Assembly: GCA_023213395.1 (NCBI GenBank)
Contig: CM041465.1
Span: forward strand, 228,353,741-228,417,740
DNA length: 64,000 nucleotides
From: Cycas panzhihuaensis
Taxonomy: Eukaryota; Plantae; Cycadophyta
Reading direction: 5' to 3'
Under the pieces are notes generated by a model. That model was not told the origin of the DNA and searched no databases. It saw only the letters and a program-made list of their open reading frames with translations. Positions 23,857-35,805 of this stretch are shown here, in pieces (position 1 is the stretch's first letter; each line of letters opens with the position of its first letter). The translations under genes and the position numbers were made by a program.

Positions 23857-26800
23857 TGAAGGAATATAAACTAGCAGGAGAACAGATCAGAACATATATC
23901 AAATAACCATAAACCAGTATTGCATTAATACATCAATGTGTCACAATCACAATAGCATAAAGAACATGAAAGCCTTGTTGTTTAATCCATTGTAGCAATA
24001 ATGAGTATTACAAATCTCCTCAAAGGTAGGCGGTGTCTAAAGACACCAGGGTTGTACACCCCTTAACATTTATAGTTTGGGGGAGGAGGGAAACTCCTCA
24101 ACCCCTGAATTCAAATTAATAATAAAATAATGCAACTTAACTCAAATGAAACTAACTCAACTTACCTTAACTTACCTTGACATGTTGAGCATCACATGTC
24201 TAAATTGAGGTGCATAATCCTGGTAGGTAAGAGGGAGTTGAGTGATGACATTACACTCCTGTGTGATCCTCTGTACTGGATTATTAGCTGTCCTCAGATC
24301 CATTGTCTGATTTTCATATATTAGCTCTACCATTATATTATTCATTATTTACATTTGTCATTATATATTGTCTGTGCGTTTGTCATTTGTACGCCGTCTC
24401 TGCTCCGTCATTCTCACGCCTCGAGGTTCACTGCGTCACGTCTCTCATTGTGTTGTTATTGCGTTGTTATTGACCCATACTTCATTGATACCTGCTCCGT
24501 TGGCCCGTGCTTTATACCTGCTCTGTTGCATATTGCTATTTCCGTCTAGTCGTCCTCTGTGTCACCGTTCCGGCCTGTGTGCCGTGATTTCCTATTCCGG
24601 CCTGTGTGCCGTGATTTCCTATTCCGGCCTGCGTTTCGTCACGTTCTCTCCGTCTGCTCGCAGTTCTTGTTCTTCATGACCTTACGTGCTGTGATTTCCG
24701 TTCCGACTGCGTTAGTCCGTTCTCTGCTCGCTCTTTGCGTCTGCGTCCCAATCTGCTTGCATGCGTCCCAATCGACTAAGCGCCCCGTCCTTTTTGCCCG
24801 CTTTACAGTCTTTGCGCGTTACAGTCTTTGCACGTTTATTGTATCATTGCTCCGTCTTTGCGCGTTTATTGATTCGTTTGTATCATTGCTCCATCTTTGC
24901 GTCTACAGTCTTTGCGCGTTTTGCTGTACAGTATTCGTTTGTGTGATCATTACGGGACTTCTTTGCTGTCTTTGTGTCTCGGCGCCTTTGCGTTTCATTA
25001 ATCGCCCGTTTGCGTTTCATTAATAATCGTTTGGCATTTCCGTAACCTGCATTTGATCATTATTATGTGATCTGCATGCCCGAACTGCCCTTTCGTTCTG
25101 CCATTTGACTGCATGATCTGTTCATTGCTGCGATCTGCATTTGATCGTTGCGTTTAGCCGTTTGACTGCGTGTACAGTCGTTGCTAAGTCCGATCTCTGT
25201 TTAGCCCGTTTATCGGTTTGGTAATCCGATCGGCGCGTTGCTAACGCATTGATTATACGTTTCATTGTACTGGGCTTCAATCCCGTTTATTGAGTCATTA
25301 TTGCTATCCGTTCAGCTATTTTATTATTATTCCTCGATTATATTTCATTCGGCCTACGTCTCATTATTGCATATTGTGTTTTTGCGTTTTATTTGTATTG
25401 GCCTCTACGCCTTGCGCTTGATTTTCTATTACGGTTTAATATATTCATTTATTTTATAAGATTTAAAAATTAAAATTAATTAAATAATCTTTTGAGATCC
25501 GAGTTTGAATCTTTTAAAGTTTTTTTGCGTTTTTTAACTTGACGAGTGAGTTCACCCTCCTGGCATCGGAGGTCTTTAGTCTCTGACTGATCTTGGGTTC
25601 AATCCCAACTCAGTCCATCTTCAGGCCCGTTTTTAAGAAGTTTTTTTTTAATTTTAACCTTTATTTTTTCCAAAATTTTATTTTTCATAGAGTTATTGGC
25701 GCTTTTGTGGCCATAACTTCTCACTGGCTTATCGGTTTCAGACGAAACCACCTCCAATAGATCAGAAATTTTCTGTACACCATTTTCGACTGGTCATATG
25801 ACCAATTTGGTGCCAATTTGACCCTGTTTCGACCATTTTAACATTAGACTTCCAAAATTTCAGTTTTTTTCGCATTTTTAACAAAATCGTTTTTAGAACT
25901 GGCTGTCATTTATTTCTAGTAAACTGGTTTTTACCCAAATTTCCTCTATAGCGATTTACGTTGTATAGACTTTAATACCCATTTTTTCCTTCAATTTTTT
26001 GAGTTCACCTTCATTAATATTTTAATCGCTGAAATAAGGAATTTAGTTGTTTTTGCCTGTTTCCTAATATTCTACATAAAAATACTTGTTACATTTTTTA
26101 CTATAACGTTCTTATTTTTTATCAGATTTCAATTCCGTCAGCTTTGTTGGGAAGCTGACTCATTTCTCTTCATTTTGACATATTTTTTATATATTTTGAC
26201 ATTATCTTCCTGAATTTCAAATCAGTCAAAGTTGAGGTATCTCATTGCCCTAAATCTACTGTTTTTTACACCTTTTTAATATATTTTTCAAAAATTTTCA
26301 ATTGAAAGAACATTGATTACTTCATAAATAATATTTGATCATTTGTTCAACTTTTTCTAAAAGATAATTAGTAATTTTATACAATTTTGACTACCTTGCT
26401 CCTGTTAGACTCCATAAGGAGGTCCATACCTTTACATCATTCAAAACGTGATTTATTGGTACCTGTTTTCAAAACCGTTTGTTTCATTGGATTCACACCT
26501 TATTAATCTACATATTGGTAGAATCTTAAGTTATTCTGACATTATTCAGTATAGTTTTCAAGCTATTAAAATTGAGCATACAAGTACATCCTAATAAGCT
26601 TGTTTTTTTTTAAATTTTTTAAAGAAAATTCTAGTTATATCCCATTGTTTACTCAAGGCTTCTACTTGATATTTCTACAAGCATTTTAAGTTGTTTCAAA
26701 CTAGCATTTGTTCATAAGGCAATATATATTTTTCTCAAAGAAAAGTTATTTTTATACAAAAAGGGAAAGTTTTTCTTATATTAAAGATTTACATTTACTC

Positions 26801-26940
26801 ATTTGAGAAATTGGTATTTTTTGAAAACTCTTTATATTTCATTCTCAAAAGTTTATCTCAGTTTTGCATAAGTGAAAAAGATTTTTTAAGTTTGCTTTCA
26901 AACGCATCATTATTTTCTTATTGATTACATTGCTTTCAAA

Positions 26941-27264
26941 ATGGCACAATTCCCCATTTTTGATGGCCACAACTTTTCACTATGGTATGACACCATGCAA
27001 ACTTACTTTATTGAACATGATCTTTTAAAGTATTTACAACATGAATGTGACCTTAGCATTAAAGAAAATTTTAGAAAAGATAATGAAGCTTTAGGTTTAT
27101 TATTTTGCACTATGACTGATGATGTTTTTTCACTGGTTTCTGAATTAACAACATCTAAGTCTGTTTGGGATTTATTGATTTCCATTTATGGGGGAGATAC
27201 CCCCAGTGTATTTGATGAAATTTTTGATGAGCATGTGAGACAGTGTGAGCAGGATAGATCATGA
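26941..27264 (+). CDS. Copia Gag N-terminal mini-ORF (B)
   Basis: MAQFPIFDGHNFSLWYDTMQTYFIEHDLLKYL...; copia Gag N-terminal consensus. Confidence 0.75.
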   Translation: MAQFPIFDGHNFSLWYDTMQTYFIEHDLLKYLQHECDLSIKENFRKDNEALGLLFCTMTDDVFSLVSELTTSKSVWDLLISIYGGDTPSVFDEIFDEHVRQCEQDRS

Positions 27265-28163
27265 CGACAACAACCATGAGGATTCAGATCAAATGCAGGA
27301 CCACCTTGTTGCACAAGGATTTGATCCTCCATTTGAGGGGGAGAATGAAGATGAATCTGATGATATAACAAAGAATGAACTTGATGATATGACTTGAATC
27401 GATGATATGACAAAGAATGAACGATGATATGACAGCTTGAATCAAGATATGACAAAGAATGAACACGATGATATGATGCTTATTCAAAGCATAAAGATTA
27501 CAAAAGTTCAAGTTCAAAGCCTTCTTAATGTTCCAGTTAACAAAGTCCAAATTACAGCTATTCATCTACATTTGCATAAAGTTTCATCTACTTATAGTTT
27601 TCTTACATCATTATATGATAAAGAGACATATGTGGCTATAAGGGTGAGAAGAGTTGATAAAGATCAAGATCAGAATTTCAAAGTTTTTTTCAAGTACTAG
27701 TTCCATAAGTTCAAGAAAAAGATACAAGTGTTTGTGCTGACATTAAGGGGGAGAATGTTGGAGTGTAATGTCATCACTCCACTCCCTCTTACCTACCAGG
27801 CTTGTGCACCTCAATTTAGACATGTGATACTCAACATGTCAAGGTAAGTTAAGGTAAGTTGAGTTAGTTTCATTTGAGTTAAGTTGTATTATTTTATTAT
27901 TAATTTGAATTCAGGGGTTGAGGAGTTTCCCTCCTCCCCCAAACTATAAATGTTAAGGGGTGTACAACCCTGGTGTCTTTAGACACCGCCTACCTTTGAG
28001 GAGATTTGTAATGCTCATTATTGCTACAATGGATTGAACAACAAGGCTTTCATGTTCTTTATGCTATTGTGATTGTGACACATTGATGTATTGATGCAAT
28101 ACTGGTTTATGGTTATTTGATATATGTTTTGACCTGTTCTCCTTGCTAGTTTATATTCCTTCA

Positions 28164-28247
28164 TTTGGTATCAGAGCATAGTCTTGCAAATATTATTGTT
28201 CCATCATTTGGTATCAGAGCATAGTCTTGCTATTATATTTTCCATCA
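28164..28247 (+). repeat. Two PBS+U5-end units appended to the 3' LTR of element B, inside the TSD
   Basis: TGGTATCAGAGC at 28166-28177 and 28209-28220; each unit ends TTCCATCA; the TSD follows at 28248. Confidence 0.93.
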
Positions 28248-29152
28248 AATGATATGTTAATGGATGTTCTTCGGAACCCTACCTTCTTCTTTCATCTTAT
28301 TTCTTCTATTTCTCTGTATATTTTTTTATATTGATTTGGTTATAGGATAAGCATGTAACAAGTGGTATCAGAGCTCTGTTGCAATCGTGGAAAGCTGCCC
28401 GAAAGATCAAAGCCATTTTCTGATCCATACAAGAGCTAGGGATTCATTTTTGGCCAAAAGTTTTTTTTCAAGGTTTTTGGCATATGGAAGTTCTACTTGT
28501 TGGGAGCAAAGAATGAAAGATTCTTGAAGAAACATCAAAGAATTTGAGATGAAAGGGCTCGTGCCATAAGTTTTAAGTGTTCATAATACTGTTTTTGAAG
28601 AAAAGTTGCAGAAATTATCGCCAATTTTATTTCAACCTACTTTTCCGTTGACGTATTTTTGGGACAGATCTGCAACCTCAAATTCAAAGAGCCATAACTT
28701 TGGCTACAAGTGTCCAAATGACCTCAATTTTTTTTTTATTCTATGCGTTTTTAAATTTTCTTTCCAATGGAAGTGGTGTGAAGTCAATAAGAGGTCAGAG
28801 CAGAGAGTTATTGACATTTTATTAGAAGGTACTATTACAATCCTTAGAAACCCTAGCAACAAATTTTTTAAACAGCTATAACTTTTGATTTAGACGTTAG
28901 AATTTGATTCCGTTTGAACCGTTGGAATTGTATTTTAGTGGCCGTGATTTTTATCCATATTTTATGCACTTTGGAGCCATATTTTTTTCAAAAATATTTT
29001 TTGAAATTAAGGGTTTCATACTATATTTTCTTAGCCATTAAGATTGTGGTCTCAAAACCATTGTTCGTGAGGCCCAATATATAATTTTGTAAAAAAAAAT
29101 TAGGAGATAATAGGCTATAGACACCCCTAATCTCTCCAACATCTATATTATC

Positions 29153-29992
29153 ATGGATACAAAAAGGCCCATACTTCGTATATTTAATGCAGATGGGACT
29201 CTTTCTATAGATGATTGGGTTAGAGACATGCATCTATATTTAAAATCACTTGATGCTGACTACAAAAGCAATAAAGAGATGTCTAAAGTTGCCTCATTAT
29301 ATCTACAAGCAGAGGCTTACCTTTGGTTTAAGGAGTGGTATGGCGTATTTAGTCCATTTAAGACATTTTTCTAGCTACAACTTGATATCTGTAACAAATA
29401 TGATGCTTCTTGGTGGAATCAGATGCAAAGCCTTGAGCAAGATAAACAAGAAGCTCGTCAAATACTTGAGAAATATAATCGTAAGGTGGAACAAGGAATT
29501 CTCCCCACTCCTCAAAGTCAAGAGCAAAAGAAAGATGATAAGGGAGAAAAGGAGCAGCAGGGTAACACAGTAGAAACTGTTTGTCATTCCACACCACCAG
29601 TCGTAGTCAAGGACAAGGAAGACCATCACTCATCAAAAGTTGGAGCACATACCAAAGTGGGACCTTATCGACACCCACATTATCAAGAGACTCAGCATCG
29701 ACGCACGTATTATACAAAGCCCTCACAAACTAAGTACCGCAAGCATACAAATCATTCAAGCTTGAGGTTCCAAGGTTATAGAGATGCCAGACACGTAAAT
29801 ATCTACTTGAGATGGATAGATCCTTATTCTATGTGCAGATTTTCAGACAACCTTCGATGGACCTATCAGTTGGACACCAATAGCAGGAGGTGGACCTATC
29901 AGTTGGACACCAATAGCAGGAGGTGGTCACATGCATCTATGTATCAGGATGCTTCGAGGGCGAAGCATCTAAGGGGAGAGGGAATGTGGTGA
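29153..29992 (+). pseudogene. Gypsy-type gag remnant of element A (frameshifted), with a 33-bp tandem duplication
   Basis: IFNADGTLSIDDWVRDMHLYL..VASLYLQAEAYLWF (retrotransposon gag pattern); WTYQLDTNSRR occurs twice; ORF runs into the PPT. Confidence 0.75.
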
Positions 29993-31379
29993 GCCTACAC
30001 CACATGTTAGAGAGGGCTATGACCCTCCATCATATGAGGATTAATAGGATTGGTTGATATAAAGGTAGGAATATAATAATATGGGGGTGAGTGTTATATA
30101 TACCCCACTCTATTGTAAAGAGGAGAATATGATATAATGATATGTTAATGGATGTTCTTCGGAACCCTACCTTCTTCTTTCATCTTATTTCTTCTATTTC
30201 TCTGTATATTTCTTTATATTGATTTGGTTACAGGATAAGCATGTAACATTTGGTTATACATATTTATAATGAATAAACCAAAAAATGATAAATTATAAAA
30301 ATTGGCATGTTCTCCTTCCTTAATGAAATTAATGTTTACCTTTGTGAATCTGATTATTTTAGTATTCTAAAATTACATCACTGTTATCAAAAACTAAATT
30401 TGTTGCACTTAAAAAAATTGACTATAGTAGAGTATGAATTGAATGTCATATCCCTTAAAATCATGCTCAATGCATCTAGAAATTGAACCCTATGTGTCAA
30501 CTAACTTAGTATTCCTTAAAACTAACTATATGTCTTGAATTTTCCTCAAAACTTGAGACCTTTGATCCAAAGCCTAGGGCACATTTTATCCCTCTCCAAC
30601 ATTTATCATTAACTCATTATTTTGTTTTGTGACTTATTTTTTGTTAACTATCTTGAGGTTTGTTATTACTACCTATCCTTGGTTTGTTGCCATTTTTCGT
30701 CATGACATTCTGCTAGTGGTCTATTATGTTATCCTTCTTGGTATGTAGAAGGGCATCTATTCGATATTCTCCTTTACAACTTATTCTGGCATATTAGGTA
30801 TGTTTTTTGTATAGCATGAGGGCATACACAAGGTGTGTTACATATAAGACAAAGGGACATCTACCTGATATGCTTTTGATATGATAGGGGGGCATGCACT
30901 TAGTATGCTCCCTTGTAGGCCTAACCTGCTTTTGGGCATAGTTATTGCATTGGTAAGAACCTCGTAGTGGGCATAACAACAATGATTGGTGTATGAGGCT
31001 CTTGATGGAGGACCCTATAGTGGGCAAATGCGTTGATGCTAGAAGAATCCAGCTTATGGGCAAAATTGTGACAACTGAGAAGCCTTGCTCTTTGGTAGAA
31101 TTGTAGACATTAGAGAAGCTCTATTTTGGGGTGTACATGCTGAGACTGAGTTCAACTACAACAGGTGGACTATAATTGGCATTATTTCATAATACAAAGA
31201 GTATAAGCTTTTTCGTTTAAGTGTTTTCAATAGATTGTGGCTTCTTTGCATCATAATCTTGACAGTTTACTAATTGACAAATTGGAATGCATTAGGGGAA
31301 CTTGAAATTATGGTGTCATTTCTAGAAGGGTCTGATGACTATGGCAGATAGAAGGGCCTTTTATACAGTACATAGCCAA

Positions 31380-34250
31380 TCAGAGGTGTGCTGAGTTTTG
31401 AGGTTGTGTCGGCTTGTCATTGTCCTAGTGTTTGCATTGGGCTGAAAAGGCATTTTGACGTTTTAAAGGAGTCTTGAGGGCTTTGCTTGGAAGTTCTGAT
31501 CTTGTAAAGACCCAGTCTGTTGTGTTCCTATTGCTTGTTTGGTTTCTTGGACGTTTCGGTCAAAGGAGGAACATGTTACATCACAGTTTCGAAGAGCGTA
31601 AAGGAGTTCTTCATTAAAAGTATTTTTATTTAGTAGTTACAACTGCCTTTCATCACTATTGTCGAAGGACTAAGTGAAGAAATGCTGGCCCAAGGACACA
31701 TTTGCTAGTTTGTGAAATATTCTTCAAATAATTTGAAGATTGTATTATTTGTCGTAGCTATTTGGCTAGAATATTTCCTAAAAGGACAATCTAAAATAAT
31801 TTAGTTCCATCTTCCTTGAAAAATTTTTTGGTCCAAAGGTAAAATAGTGGTTGGTTATTCAAGTTTACTTTATCATGGGGTTGTTCTTGCTAACTGAAGA
31901 CAACTATATAGATTGGTCATAAAACATGAAATCAATGTTTGTTTCTTGTGGTCTATGGGACATTGTTTAAAAAAGATATATTGATCCAACGACATAATTG
32001 AAAAAGGAGGATGAAATAACATTTAAATGGATTACATCCATGTTAGCAAACAATGGTGTATTTCATGACATTTTCTATCTTACAATTCCACTTGCAGGTC
32101 ACAAAAAACATGGAACTTCATAAAATAAAAATTTGCCCCGAAGTTGCTAAATCAACAATAAGAAGAAAAGGCGATTGAAAGTGTTGAAGTACAGGTTACA
32201 TGTAGCAATCTGACAAAGAATCAGAAAAAGAAAAAAAGAGGAGAGCTAAAAGGATGAATGGCCATGATGATAAGAATAAATCCTTTATTATAAATTCACC
32301 TAAAGAGGATGCTGAAGTTCATGAGAATAAGTTATCTATTGATGAAGAAATTGTTGAAAGTGACAGTGATTGTGATAAGGTAATTCAAGAGGTATCATCT
32401 ACAGATAAAAGAGCAGGTGAATCTATTAATATGATTCTAGAATTTGAAATAGGGGAAGAAAAAGAAAATGAAAAAAGTCTTATCAAAATGTCCTCATTGA
32501 TATTTTCTAACATCTTGAATTGCAATATCTTGCAAAAGAATACTATGTTGCAAGTTACTCAAGGATCTAAGATGATGGGTCATGACCTTGAGATACTTGG
32601 CAAAAACTGCTGAAGTAGATTTATCTCTTATTTTCAAACAGTTCTTTCCATTGGAGATACAATGTAAAAATAGGGATGACTTAATGGAAAGTTTGGATGC
32701 TACAATTATAATTGTAGTTGAGAAGGTTATCACTAAATAGCAATTGTTATTTGGCCTTACAATTATATATATTTGCACATAGATCTTTATGTTCAATTGG
32801 CTTGACAGGGTTCTTCATCTTCATCATCAAAGAGGTTCATGAACTTACTCTACAAGAGCTGTAGAAAACTTCTTCAAGGACAAAAGGAATACATTTGGAT
32901 CAATGAGATGTGACTTGAGGTTTGCATTGTCAGGATTACATGTTGCATATGTCCATACATGTCTTTTTGTGATTATTGAGCAAAGAGGAGTCATGCTAGA
33001 TAATGATCCAAATCTTTTTCTTAAAGAGTTGTCAGCAACTTAGTTGATTGTTGAAAGGAGAACAAGTTTGACAATCTATGCAAAACAAATTACAAGCAAA
33101 AGCAAGCAGTCATCGTTCTTCTTCTCCCTTCAAAAGTTTTTGGAGGTTTGGGAATCATACCTAATGAGATCCAATATCACTACTTTGGTATTTTCCATTG
33201 TTTTGAAAAGGTTACTTGTTAGGAAGAATTGATCATTATTGAAGAAATTGTGGTTGCTGATTTGAGGAAAACATATATAATAGTTAACAATTTTGCTAAA
33301 ACAAGCAATATATTGTTGAATTCATGCCCATATTTCTATCTTGTTGTTTCTTGTTCTGAAAATGATCTCACAACAAATGTCACATCAAATGCCAATGATT
33401 ATATTGGGCTATTCAAGGCAAAACCTCTTGGAACTATGATTGCTATTTTAGAAGGGCATGAACCAGATATGTTGATAAAGGTGTTAAAAGGAAATTCTTT
33501 AAAAGCTCACTAGGGAGTAGGGTCCAGTGAAGTTCAAGACTACTAATAGATTTTAGAATCATAGATATCTCTTGATCACTTATGTTGCAAACCGAATTGA
33601 ATAGTTGAATCTGTCACAAAGTAGGAGGACTAAAGGAGATTCAGTCTATTTGATAAAGAGAAGCATAGTGAAGAACAAGAACATGAGTTGTTGTTGTGTT
33701 CCATAAACATCTTACTCAAGCCAAGATGAAGTCCAAGTAGAAAACATCTTTCACAAAAAGATTCCAAGATTCAAGCGTTGCAAGTTCAAAGCAACATCTA
33801 TGTTTCATAGTCATTAGTAATGTTAGCTCTGTTAGAAAGTCGGTCATGTCTTTAGTACTTAGTTTTGAAAGTATTTTGTAATGACATTAAACATTAAGCG
33901 AGGGTGTTAAGAGTTAATGTTTAATGTGTCCTAGTATGTTAATGTGTTAGGATGTTAGACATAATGTTATGATCCTAGGTTAGTGTTAGAAAGAGTTAGT
34001 GGTCTAAAGTTAATCTTAGTATTAAGAGGTCACTTCAGAATATTAAATCAAAAGTCCTTAATGAATGTGCTTATGCACATATATAAGAAATTGAGGTGGT
34101 TAGCTCGGTTAGAGGTGAACTATGCTATAAATATGACTCATGTCTATTGGAGAACACAATGAAGTATTGCTTTTCTGAAGTCTTGTTTTGCCACGATGAA
34201 GGTTCTTTGATGTTGTATGTAATCCATATTTATCTTACATCTTCTTGCGA
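31380..34250 (+). mobile_element. Old truncated gag-remnant copia-type LTR element
   Basis: MKSMFVSCGLWDIV gag motif at about 31926. ACATTAAACATTAAG-PPT-TGTTAAG at about 33885-33911 resembles the 3' junction of the 14.6-19.7 kb element. No 5' LTR found. Confidence 0.55.
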
Positions 34251-34399
34251 CTCCCTAATAGAGAATTAGCAAGTTACTTGCACCCACCTAGCCTTCCAAC
34301 TTCGCCAATCCAAGTAGCAAGGATTTAGACTCCCTTATCAACCATCATACCTCCCTTGTGATGATTTTTGCCTACAACATATGTCCTTAAAAGGCAGTG

Positions 34400-35805
34400 G
34401 TAGAGGTTCCTTTAAACTTTGAGGCAAAGTGGACTAGTTCGGTTGCTAAAGTTTCCATAACGGAAACAAACATGGAAAGAGTAGGTGTCGTACAGAGTAC
34501 AATACATACAATCCTCTAAGGTCTAAGGCCAAAAATGAATAAGCTAGAAGCAGGACATTATAGATTGTAGGAAGAACAAAAGGAACTACAACAAAGAATG
34601 GATGAAATCAATCAACTACTGTAGAGCCTGATGGGATTAAGGCAAGGAGAAGGCCCTAAATCTACCCAAAATTATCACAAGCAACCACTTGAGTAGTCAT
34701 CAATGTCAAGTTGCAACCATGATAACTTTAAGTTGGATGGTTTGTATCGATGACAAGAGCAAGTGCTAGCTACCTTGTAAAAAGTCAAGATGGAAATAGA
34801 ATTACCCTAGTTCAAATTTAACAGACCAGTTGAGGTAGAAGAATGGTTAGCAGAGATCAAGGGTGCAATATTAGATAGAAGCATCATGTTAGTTTATGAA
34901 CAAGTATGTTTTGCACTAAATAAGCTTGAGGGGTGTGTCTTCAATTGGGGCCACAATTGGTTTAGGGTAGTGGAAACAAAGAATGGCTATCTAGCTTGAA
35001 CATTAAGAAATTAGGGAGAGTTGTATCAAATTCAACTTGCATACATGTTCCAACAAGATGCAATAGTGGTTGAGCACATCGAGAAATTTGAAAGGCCCTT
35101 GAGCAAGGCAAATATGCAAGCAAGATCGAGTTATAGAGATCTATGTTTGAAACTTAAGAGCTGAGTCTAGGGCAAAGCTACATAAATACAATCCTAGAAT
35201 CTTAGATAATGCCATCAACTTGGCTCGACCAATAGAAGCTAGAGACCAAGCTATCTATGGCTGATACTTCATCCCATAGAGGAGACATACAACATACTCT
35301 CGAAGTATGGAATCACAATCACCACAATAAACAAAAGATCAATATGCACAACACTATCAACTAGATATATCACTGCGAAGGGACAATACATTATGTTATG
35401 ATTGCAATGAGAGATGGACACGTGACCATTGCAGACATGCAAAGCTAAAAGGAAGCAACTCTATATGTTACAACCAACAAAAGATTACGTAGGTCAAAAC
35501 ATAGAGAACATAGAGGAAGCAATCAAGTACTAGATTGAAACAAGACAACAAAGGCTATCTCTATTAATAATGATAGGGCTATATAGGTTAGATACTCTTA
35601 AAATCATGGGGAAGACAAAGGACAAGAAGGTAATGGTCCTCATTGACTCGAGAAGCATATATAACTTCATTGACCCTAGAAAGGAAAGACAATTAGATCC
35701 TCACATAGAGCGCAATTGACATTTTTTAGTATTAGTACCAGGAAATAGGCTCCTACATTATGAAGGAGAAATCAGGGATATATAGTGGGGAATGGGTGAC
35801 TATTT
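34400..35805 (+). mobile_element. Degenerate Ty3/gypsy gag-protease fragment
   Basis: KVKMEIELP, EEWLAEI, Zn-knuckle-like CNERWTRDHC (about 35400) and protease TLKIMGK..VMVLIDSRSIYNFI (about 35593-35672). Confidence 0.75.

Larger units (their letters stand above)
21100..24259 (-). mobile_element. Element B': inverted second copy of the B family nested in B
   Basis: LTRs at 21100-21500 and 23857-24259 (terminal AACA missing), PPT at 21501-21510, PBS array at 23763-23854, gag remnant at 21967-22278. No TSD. Confidence 0.92.
20994..28247 (+). mobile_element. Element B: composite non-autonomous copia-type LTR insertion
   Basis: Starts TGTTGGAG at 20994 and ends CCATCA at 28247, flanked by TSD AATGA (20989-20993, 28248-28252). 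Partial 5' LTR 20994-21097, 3' LTR core 27756-28163, PPT about 27745-27755. Confidence 0.92.
20838..30248 (+). mobile_element. Element A: non-autonomous gypsy-type gag-only LTR element whose 5' LTR is split by a 7.25-kb insertion
   Basis: 5' LTR at 20838-20993 + 28253-28360; 3' LTR at 29985-30248; TSD TTTGG; PBS at 28363-28374; PPT at 29971-29984. Confidence 0.93.

Noticed and set aside
24355-25459. Several overlapping C/L/F/V-rich ORFs as genes
   Set aside because: Stop-codon scarcity follows from the A-poor low-complexity composition; no recognisable domains.
21100-28163. Assembly artefact (fold-back chimera) explaining the inverted repeat
   Set aside because: The arms differ by many substitutions and indels, including different repeat-unit numbers, and the outer TSDs are coherent.
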